DNA of 64,000 nucleotides from Stylophora pistillata (taxonomy: Eukaryota), in assembly GCF_002571385.2 (NCBI RefSeq), contig NW_019217784.1:1049387-1113386 (forward strand). The letters are read 5' to 3'. The notes under the pieces were generated by a model. That model worked only from the letters and a program-made list of their open reading frames with translations, did no database searches and had not been told where the DNA came from. The position numbers and the translations under genes are program-made. Numbering within the stretch: position 1 is the first letter of the stretch; each line of letters begins with the position of its first letter. Below, piece after piece: positions 38,601-49,015 of the stretch.

Positions 38601-38761
38601 TACCTATCAATTTCTTATTCTTTCTTTTTCTTTTTGTGCAGGATAATATTGAAAATGTGAGCTATGTGTGGGCACTGTGTCGTGATCAGAGCATATTGGA
38701 TCACAGATCTGCTTGGAGGGTGTTGGAGTTTGGAATTCAGAATAGCACTTCTTACCTTTGA
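32650..38761 (+). CDS. TIMM44: Mitochondrial import inner membrane translocase subunit TIM44 (~16 coding exons; first coding exon MAQ 32650-32658)
   Basis: EANEDATGVVLHKDSKWYQQWKEFKDNNPV, YDESDN, IIPSVLEAFLKGDLEILKDWCHE, AMAKVMEQGPVLVLTF, YVWALCRDQ...AWRVLE. Confidence 0.93.
34585..36010. mobile_element. Degenerate Penelope-like retroelement with 5' inversion, in a TIMM44 intron
   Basis: Minus-strand RT piece (FKQTNGITMGTKMGPSYANLF...YGRYIDN, 34611-34910); plus-strand RT C-terminus and GIY-YIG endonuclease remnant (CTSANV...YIGETGR, ~35510-35820); terminal hammerhead remnant at 35914-35947. Confidence 0.88.
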
Positions 38762-40043
38762 CAGTTTTTCATTTCGATATTAAATGTTATGAAATATTCA
38801 AAGACAAAAACTACTGACAACTTTGTCCCCTTGTTAAAGACCATTTTTCAGTTTGTTGTGTGTTTTTGTCACTTCAAGAAGGAGGAACTTGAAGTGAGCT
38901 AAAGTCATGTGAAACATGATTTTAGGAGTAACATTTGCTAACATTTTGCATCATCATGTATCACATGCTATTTTTCTTGGATGCTAAAGTGATAACAATT
39001 TTCTAAGTAGCCAAACCAATTCTACTGAGTAGAGATTATTATTTAAGGCTCAATTACAGCTGCTCTTTTTGAGGTGGGAGAAACAGATTAAAGAAACAGG
39101 AAATATGCAGTATCAAGTATTAAAATCAGCAATAATACAGCTCTTGTGGTCAGCTTCGGTTTGGTTGTCTATCCAATTGTTGATTTGTAAATATATTGTA
39201 CAGTTGGACAATTTTTTAAGAGGAATTGGTGATTATACTTTAGTGCTTCCAGTTTGGCGTATGTTGTACCAATTGCTGTCAAATGCTTTCTTTTGTTCAT
39301 GAACATTTTAATATATAGATTGATAGTTCTACTAGTAGTATTACTAACCAAACTGGTGTAGAGTAAAATAATAGAAGCAGATATGAATGTCACTGAATTA
39401 AACAGTGTATGGCATCATTTTCTTTTGTGATTGTCTCTGGAATAATTTATGTGAAGTTGTGTTGTGAATTTGTCAACAAGAGGAAATTATAAAACGTTTT
39501 GTTGAAGGAACTTTGACCTCATAGATTAGGTAATTTGTTTACTTTATGGACAGTGTCATCATGAGATGAGGGGATGGGAGAGGATGGAGAAAGGCAAATA
39601 ATAACAGCATTTTAATATCTAGTTATTTTATACTATCATCAATTTTAAATGGGTAATCTTGATCTTTAAGCTCCAGATTCGTTTGAATTTGACTAGGCTT
39701 TTTTTCATAAAACGCCACATAATGAGCTATCCTCGATACTTAATGCATGTGCAATAGGCCTCATCTGGGCGTGCATGTAGGAACCGCGAGAGAACTGGAA
39801 CTCAATTTGGAAGTTGCAGCTGAAGCGCTACCGCGCTTGCATTGTTCTGTTGTGTTTTCCCTCCGAATTTGCGTTCATACTTTTGCTTTATTAGAAGTAG
39901 GAAGATGATAGAATAGAGAACTTGGGAAAAACCCATCAAACTTCTTTCTCGAGAGCCTCTACTTGCGCACTAACGAACGTCACGTGACTGGTCTTCTTGG
40001 TCTCTTATCTTTTAAACCTCAAGCTGAGGTCGACTTATTAAAC

Positions 40044-41353
40044 ATGGTCAGTGCAGTGGTTAAGAAAACTGTCACGGGGCTTCTTGTGATAGCTTTCTTC
40101 GTAGCAGGCATCGCGAAAATCACGGACAAACTTTCCCCTAAAGTCCACCACCAAATGGTAAGCAGTCTCGATCCGTAAGTTGGTGTAAAACTCACACCTT
40201 GTGCTTTAATGCCTTCTCTTTCGATTGAAACGTATCAATTTACCACTCATCCTCGTCTTGTCCGTCTTGTTGATGTTATGTAGCCCTTTGTGCTTCAATT
40301 AAAATTTTTATTCCACATGCGTTGTCACGTCATGTCACGCGCATCTCTCACTATCTCTGAGATGTTTTGCCTTTGATTTGATGAGAACCATCCCCAATCT
40401 TCAGGAACAGTTTCAGTTACCTTGGAATTGTGTTGTTTCCAAAACTTACACAAGAGAACAAGTTATTATTTCCCAGTGGATTACTGATTTCTGATGTCGC
40501 CTTTCATTTAATTTGTTACATTATTTTAAGATGCAAATCACACGATCACTACGGATTTTGTTCATTACACAAACTTTGTTCCTAATCTTTCTTTATCTCG
40601 TCTATAGATTACTGTTCCTCTTAATCATGCTGTGTTTCCATGTAGAATTTTTTGCAAAGTCAGTACTTAAAATTACACTCAAAGGAGGGTAGCAAAGAAG
40701 CAGGAAGGGGGCAGATCCCGTTTCATACTTGAATTTTAGGAATATTCACGTAAATACTTTAAGCAGTATTTCATGTGTCACTAATTTCAAAGTAAATTCA
40801 CATGTCACATATCTATTTTGGGCCTAATCTTGCGTCAATTAGAAAAACCTTTTGTAGCCCTCTTTGAGTAACTTTAAATAGAGGTCAGATGGGGGNGGGG
40901 GGGGGGAGGTGGGTGATGGGTGGCAATGGTCATTAAGCTTCTGGAATCCCTCCAACGGGGTAGAGGTGATGTCTTTTTGAAAAAATATGGTATTTATTTT
41001 TTCTTCATGACAGTTTTCCTTTAACTCACCAGAAACGGGATTTTGCTGACCTGGCAAAAGTACATCCTTTAAAAGTGTGGTTTCATCGTGATGTAAGCTC
41101 AGACATGTATCGTCTTGTCATTGGCTACTTGGAAGTAATCTGTGCTCTTGTTCTGTATTCTGCACCAAGGCCTCTCAAATTTGCAAGCATCATAATCCTT
41201 TTAATTGTCATGGCAATGATAATGCAAGGACTTTATTGGCTGGGAAAACCTGCTGTTGTTTTTGCACCAGGAGCAGTCTCCTCATTCCTGCTTGTAATTA
41301 ATTTTATGACACTGCTAGGAGAGGCCCCACCAAAGCAGAAAAAGAGAGAGTGA
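40044..41353 (+). CDS. TMEM35/NACHO-like DoxX-family ER membrane protein (exons 40044-40157, 41032-41353)
   Basis: FFVAGIAKITDKLS...MKR, RLVIGYLEVICALVL, four hydrophobic helices, C-terminal KKRE ER-retrieval motif. Confidence 0.8.
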
Positions 41354-42171
41354 TTTGCGACTGTTGGACGAGCCCTTATCATAGCCTAATTATTGTCCGA
41401 GAGGAGATCAAATGCTCTTAGACACATCTATCCACTGCATCCTGTTACTTGTCTATCTGTGAACAACCAATTAGAATAAACTTTTTGCATAGGAGAAAAG
41501 GAACATTTCTTGAACAGTCCCTGGTACTCTTAAACCTACTACTTGCATGAATGCAACTTTTCATTTAAATGATTGTGATAGGCTAAATCTGTGAGGCTCT
41601 TGTGATTTTGTGCTGATAGAAAGTTAACTGATTTTTAAGAAGCGAGAAACACGTAGAATACTTTGAAGATTTCTCCATGTCTCCTGCCAGTGCCATTTTG
41701 CTTTGGTTGATGTTATTAATATGAAATACACATTCACAAGTTATCCGTCTCGTTAGCTGGAGAGCATTTTATGTCCTTGTGAATTAGAACTGAGATCGAG
41801 AGCTGATATTGTTTTGTTTTGTTTTGTTATGTATCAGTTACGATGTAATTTTTTGTTTGTTTTTCGTGTTGCAATAAATAACGTAACCTTTAGCTTGTTG
41901 AGATTTTTTTATAACGCGTGCCGCGCTCCATCCCCCCTTAGCCAAATACAGGGCCCCACGGGTACAGGTACACTCAAATCCCAGCTGCTGAACTTACCAT
42001 AGCCAGGATTTTTGGCATGACGAAAATATTTTCAACTATTTGCGATTTTCTTTTTGGTCGAAGTCACGCAATCTCACTTCCGGCGCCAAGTTGTGACATA
42101 TTTGCGCGTGAATTGCCCAGGAGGATGATGTTTTTCTTTATTTGCGCCAAAGTAAACTGTCCTACAATTTA

Positions 42172-42392
42172 ATTGGCCACCGCAAAGAGTTAAAAAGCTG
42201 ACGTTACGAGCGTTAGCCCTTCCTCAGAGCCCATTCGCTCTGACGAAGGGCTAACACTCGAAACGTCAGCTTTTAACTCTGCAGTACAGAGGCCAATTTA
42301 CAACTTCAACTTAGTTGATAGAACCAAATTACCTTGTTACCCCCACCGACGCTGCACTACAGTTTAGAAACTTACCACCTTTATTCATTTGT
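42172..42392. mobile_element. Solo Penelope pseudo-LTR with inverted partial copy
   Basis: Same family as 35905-36010; inverted copy 42172-42230 abuts the forward copy. Confidence 0.8.
42237..42270 (+). ncRNA. Minimal type I hammerhead ribozyme motif (Penelope-associated)
   Basis: GCT-CTGACGA-A-GGGC(TAAC)ACTC-GAAA-C-GTC-AGC: both core boxes intact, minimal stem III, one stem II mismatch. Confidence 0.75.
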
Positions 42393-42604
42393 CCCACCAT
42401 ACATTTGGCTATTGTGTATTGTGAAAACCTTACTTTGTTTTCTTTGGACGCAGTTATGTCTCAGAGGGTATTTTGTTATCCTTACATGTAAGACCTGTCA
42501 ATCTTTCACAGCGAAAAAAGGTCAAATATCTGGTTTCCTGTTGCGAAAGGGAAACACCATCCGAACGCCCCCAGTTACATATCGAGTTAAAACTGGTCGC
42601 AGTT

Positions 42605-45600
42605 ATGGCCGACAAACGTTTTCTTCTTGTGATTGTTTACATAACGCTCTGTTGTCTGGCAGAAAACAACGGAAGGTAAGTTAAGATGTCTCCTGTATGA
42701 ATCCTGCTTTTGAGATAGTGCAGACAGCTTTTTCTGCCTTGTGCCAAGCAGATTGTGAGAGTCAAATGCAGGTCCATGAAGGTTAACGGTACTGTCCAAA
42801 TTCTCGTTTACCACGACGCATAATGAATGAAACGAGCTTTCAGAATAACGTCGTTCACTAACGCCATATTAATTTTAATGACATGATTACTTCCCATCTT
42901 CCAAGCTCGCATTGTCAGTCAGTGGAACTGATACAGGAAATTCAGCTGTGCACTGAATTTTTTTGGTATCATTCAGAACAGTGTAAGCCAACAGTTAAAA
43001 AAAAAATTCACGGAAAATTAGTGATAAAGAAAAATGCCCGCACATTGTGAAAAAAAAAAAAAAAAATACAGGCAAATTAATATTGTTTCCACATAAATTA
43101 ATCTTCAGGACACAATCTTGCTTATCATAGTAAATGTGACTTTCTTTCATTTCATCCACTCTCTTAGGAATCCCCCCAAAATAGTTACCAAACATGGCAG
43201 CCTGGTTTTAAAAGCTGGTGAAGAAGGTGATATTATTTTTGAACCAGGCCAAGGAAAAAAAGTCTTCATTGGTGGAAATGCTCTAGTAAGGAATGATCTT
43301 TCTCTTGATAAACCTTGGGTTTTGCGATCCTAATTAAGTAACTGCATTACCTGTGGACCTGACTACATATCAATTTTTTTTGTCATCTTTTGGCAGAATA
43401 TGTCTGCAGTCTCTGGTGCTAAAGGAGAGGTATTTGGACAATTTTACTCCAAAATTAGTGTTTTTACTTGAGAATAATAAATAATTATTTTAATTACTAA
43501 GGATTAGCAGTATCATTCTAAATTCAAAATTGTTTGGATTTTTTAGAAAGGGGATCAAGGAAGTCAAGGACCTGTGAGTAACAAATTTCATTAAAACTGT
43601 ACCTTGATTTTTAAAATTACTTTTCTCATTTTGATAGTTAATTAGTAACATTCATTACATCACAATAAGTTTTGATTACATAAAATGTGATTGAAATTTT
43701 TAAAAGTGGGAAACAATACGTCATTGCATAAATTAATATTATTAGTCCTCACTTAAATTGTTTTAAAATTCATTATGGTATAATTTTCTCAATTATAGGC
43801 AGGAGCCAAGGGTGAAAAAGGAGAGATGGGGCCGCCAGGACGTGTAACATCCATGGTAATCATCATCACTATCATCAATGTTATCAATCTCTTTGTATCA
43901 TGAATTGATTTTTATTACTGGAAATTGCAAATGGTTTGAATTGTATTAAAACTGATCTTCACAAGTTTGCATCTGCTTCAAATTTATATTCAGAATGGAA
44001 GAGTAAACATGACTGGGCTTCCTGGGGAAAAAGGAGAACAGGGAGACCAAGGACAGCCTGGAAATCCAGGTCTAAATGGGACTAAAGGGCAGGTAACTAA
44101 TCATTTTTTCCACCTCCTTTCTTTCACAACAATCCCTTAATAAAATAAGTTCAATACGTGAACCTAACTTTTGATGACACAAATTCCTGCAAACATTAAA
44201 TTTTAGATTCAATCAGTGTTTAGTAATAGGATTGCTTTAATTCACTATGTTCTAGTATTTAGTGCACCCCTCTGGACATTGAGTTTCTGGTTTTTATTTT
44301 TAAGCAATTTATATATTTTCCACACAGAAAGGTGAACCAGGCATTCAAGGACTAGCAGGGAAGGTTAGCACAGGGTTTATTTATTGCAAAATTTTCATTT
44401 TATTCATTCATTTTAAAGTTCTCTTGACTCACAAGCCTGGAAGTGTATGGCACACTTCAAGAAGGCCCCTCTGTTACTTGAATTTAACCCTCTAACTTCC
44501 ATTAGTGATTGAAATATAACTTCTCCTTACAATATCCATATGTTAGGGACCTAACATTATTTACAGGGAGGGGGGGGGCTGGTGGAAATGAGGGGGTGAC
44601 CAAAAATTTGTGTGCTCATAAAAAGAGGGGACCAAATAAAATTCTGCAATATCAATACCAGCAAAATTGACTTTTTATGTTTTAATTAGAGACTCTGATA
44701 AAGAGAAGACTCAATCCCAATCTAAACAAACGGTTGACAATTGAAAGTCCTTAAAGTATTTCATCCTCAGATTCACTGCTTTCCCCTCTGTCACTTTCAT
44801 CTATTTGTGCATCACTTTTAAAAAAGGTAGGATGGTATTCTTCATAACATTTCATTTTGGTTTACATAAAATGTTTTGGTATAGTATCTTAGATCATTTT
44901 TTGAGTGCCAAAAAATTAATTTAAAGAATTATGGAGGGGGGACTTAAAGGGGGGACTTATAAAGGGGGGGAAGTTTATTGAGAAGTTTTTGAGAAGTTTA
45001 TTTCTCATTTCCACCAGCCTCCCCTCCCTGTAAATAATGTTAGGTCCCTTATCTACCAAACAGTCGATGAGAATACCCAAACTTATCAGGTGGAAGTTAT
45101 CTTAATCTAATGCAAAATTCTCACAATTAATTTACAGGGAAATGTGTAACAGATAAAGGGGAGAATTAACAGTTGGATCTTGAGAGGTCAAGGATTGAAG
45201 TAATGTGATCGAATCTTGAAGTAAAAGGTTGATAATTATTTCATTTGTTATGTAGAATGGATCTGATGGCATTCAGGGTCCCTCTGGTGCAAAAGGGACT
45301 AAAGGAGAACCTGGACAGCAAGGCCCACCAGGGCCATTATTTAATACCTTAACTCAAACCACTTTGAGGTGGGTCCTTTATTGAAAATGTGAATGAAATA
45401 TCAAAATAATGTAATTAANNNCAGATGTGAAAACGTTTAGTTTCTTAATTAACAAAAAAAAAGCCAAAAATAGCAGAAAGCAGTTTAGAAATGTTCATAG
45501 CATGATAAATGCTGCTGGAATCATTAGTTGCAATATAAAAGTGGACTAAAATATCCAAAACAAATGTGAAAGCAAAATTGAAGTTAGTTGATTACGATAG

Positions 45601-48444
45601 CTCCAATCCTTTTTGCTCAGCCTTTTTTTCATTCCATTTCTACAATGAGTACCTCAAAGTTGAACATAAAAGCAATGTGATGGTGTTCCAAAAATTACCT
45701 CCATTATAATACTGCTGAAGATAGCTAATAATGCATTGCATGTATGAAGCAATAATTTTTCAGCATCATCAAAAGGAGCAATGGTTGCAGTTTTCCTGCG
45801 ATTTTGTAAAGCCCCCCAGAATGAAACAGCTTTGCAACATTTTTTTTTCTTTCTTACAGCAATGCAAGAATTTTTTTCTGTTACATTTGGGCTGCATGCA
45901 TTTTTTTTCTTCCAACAAGCGCTTGCAGGAAATTTTCTTTCAAAATCACCCACCCCCTTCAAGAGTTAAATGGTCGGCCCCTTAATTATTCTCAGGTGGA
46001 ACCAAATGATGTTTGTTGTCTCTGCATCCTTTTCAGATGTGAAAATGCCAGCGATCATGGCTCAGTTAGGTTTATGTCAGGATTTCTTCAGGTAGTTGCT
46101 GATCTGTAGTTGTATTTTTGCAATCCTCACTGACTCAAACTAACAGATAACATGATTTATAAATTGATAAGTCCATTCAAGTAGTTACTGACTTAAATAG
46201 GGTTTAAGTGAACAGAAAGTGAACTTTTATTATCATGTCATTTTATTACTTCTCAAAAGTGGTGATAATGGGAACTTGAAAATGTTTCAAAACTAAACAT
46301 TTAGCCACAATTTTATGATTATGACTTTACAAAAGTCAAAAGAGGTTAATTACTGAATCTTTCTGAAGTGGAAAGTCACTAACAATCACTCAAACCTGCT
46401 GTAGGTTTGCACCAAACTGGGCTGGCAGAAGCTTGCATATCAGGGAGGTCTGTGTGAAGAGCTGAATGTACCACAGATAAACCATGAAGCTTTTCAAAGA
46501 TCAACATTTGGAGTGCTGTTACAGTTTAATGGAAATCTGGATGTTAACCTCAGTCCTAACACAACTCTAAATAACATCACAACAGGTAAATCTAACCAAT
46601 GATAAATCATACTCTTCTATTCTGTGCAGTAATATGTACGAATTAAGTTGTGATTACTTAACATGACTCTTCAGTGATTAGAATCCAAGAAGGGTGAAAA
46701 GAGCTGTCTGCTAGCAAGCGAAGTAGAGACTTTGTAATTTGTTTCATTGCAAATGCTCCTCTCTACTTTTTTTCTTTTTAAAGAACTGACTTCCTTAAGA
46801 GTGACCTGCTTTTAATTTCTCCAAGGTTACATTATCACCCTTGAATCAAATATAAAGGCTATGAGAATAAAGGAAATGATCACCAATTTAAGAAACTCGT
46901 GATTGTGAAACAACTTTTACTTGTCAGAACCATATGAAACATAATGAGAACAGTGTGGAGAATGATGCTAAAGGGTTTAGAACTTGACACACAAAAATGC
47001 AAATTGATAAAAGATACCAATTGATAAATGAATAAGGCATTACTCTAAGACTGCATTTTGAAAAAAGATATTTATATCTCTGATCTTAGAGTACCAGGGC
47101 AATGCTGGAGGACAAAACATCACTCAATATATCCAAAGTGTAATGGGTCAAGCAGTGAAGCTTAAAGGACTGGAATATATCAATTTGCATGGTATCCCAG
47201 CAAATTTCTGGAGTGGTGATGAATGGTCTGTTATGACCTTACTTAAGTTTCATGATGATGGCCTACTAGGAAATAACAAAGACATTCTTGTACTTGGAGA
47301 TGGAATAGCAGCAAATAATGAGGGCTTTCACCTTGGATTACGACAACAGGTATAATCTGGCAGCCACAGAGCTATTTCACAACAGCAAGCATAAGTATAA
47401 TTATAATGTGTGCATGCTAATTAGCTTTTGAGTTAAACTTCTATTATTTTCACTGATGTTGACATCATGCCAAGTGAACAAAGATATATAAAATAAAATA
47501 GAATAGCAACTTGTAGGCTCACCATGGAAGATATCTATGATTTAACCTTCAAGATAAATTTGTTTGCTGTAAAATTGTTATTAGACTGCCTCTCAGTGTA
47601 AAATGATGACCAAAAATTAGGTTTCACATTCCCTTTGTTCTTTTAAATTTTGACTTACATTTGACTATAGCAAGTGCCAAACTGAAAAAAAATTAAAGAA
47701 AACAGAAGGAAAAATTGATGTATATTTGTTTCTTTTGTTAATTCTTTGCACTCTCCAGAAAGTCATGTATGGATTCTATTCAAGTGACACTTTGGGGTCT
47801 CAAACTCTTTATTATGGAAAATGGTACCACATCACATGGACATGGACAAAAGCTAATGGAATACGGTGAGACAGATGCTAAATATGTATGCTTTATAAAC
47901 ACTTTGTCATGTGAACACTGCGTGTCCTCTTTCCTCCTTTCTTCTTGAACTATCTCCTTCCAATAGTGCTGTGTGCTGGGCCATGCAGCTCCCCCCTCCC
48001 CCCCATGCTTGTACCAGTGGGTGAGGCTCTTGAGAGGAATTTTATTAATGGGAATTTTTTTTCAATAAAAGCAGTGAGGCCCATACTGGTCAATAGATAA
48101 CTATTTATATTTTTTTCTATTTCTTAAGTCCTTTTCAAGTCTACAAGAAAAGGAATTTGTTTTAATTGATAAATAATTACTAATTAAATTTTAGTTACAC
48201 CAGTCTTGCTAATCTCCACAGAAAAATATTTGTCAATGGTAAAATTGACAAATCTGCAGACAAAACAAGTTCCTATCGAGGAATAAGTGGAAAAACTCAA
48301 ATCGGAACTTGGTGGAGTGGAAACAATGGATTGAAAACCAATGTAGAGATTGATAATCTCTATATAATTGATGAAGCAATTGAATACCCTCGCTTAAACC
48401 AACAGCTGTGTTATGCCAAGGCATTCAACTTGAACATGCCATAG
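42605..48444 (+). CDS. Secreted protein: signal peptide, cubilin-N-terminal-like segment, interrupted collagen (Gly-X-Y ~10 + ~22), Cys-containing neck, LamG/ConA-like C-terminal domain (13 coding exons)
   Basis: Exons ~42605-42675, 43168-43285, 43397-43429, 43547-43573, 43799-43855, 43994-44092, 44328-44363, 45256-45368, 46037-46091, 46405-46585, 47090-47349, 47759-47865, 48222-48444 join in frame; LamG3-type motifs GQAVKLKG, WSVMTLLK, GKWYHITWTW, KIFVNGK, IGTW, IDNLYII. Confidence 0.85.
44546..45048. mobile_element. PIF/Harbinger-type MITE nested inside the ~190-bp TTAACCC repeat
   Basis: TIR GGGACCTAACATTATTTACAGGGAGGGG...GGCTGGTGGAAATGAG; TTA TSD on both sides. Confidence 0.85.
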
Positions 48445-49015
48445 GAGAATAGAGATGCAAAACATTTAGTGGGTTCAGCTATCACTTTTCCACCATATAG
48501 GCCAGATGAATTCTTTCTCCTTTCCTGTCATCAGATGATAAGCTTTTTAAAAGAAAGTTCTATCAGCTCATCATCATCAGTTTTTATACACTCAACCGGC
48601 TTTAATTTGCCATTATCCACATCACCTGGTGCATTTATGCAAATTGTTTGACATTCATGACTTCCCTTCTTTAATAAATATTACCAGCTATCATTTTCTG
48701 ATTGATCATTAAGATATTATGCATTAATTGAGCCATGTGAAATTAATCCTCTGAGAGAATTAAGGACTTTTCTGTCTGAAAGAGCAGCAGAAAAAGTTGG
48801 GAAAAAGTAACCTTTCACACAATAATACCAACTTTGATATTCTTCACTAGATTTCAATCTGAAGCTCACTACCAATCCTTTGTTCAGTTTCTTATAATGC
48901 ACTCCTTTCCCTTCTAGCCTCTTTTTAATCTATCACAATCTTAATTGGCTAAACAGGTCAGCTGACCAAACTGTCTCCAAGTACTTTCTCCTTCCACTTC
49001 ATGATGTTAAGCATC

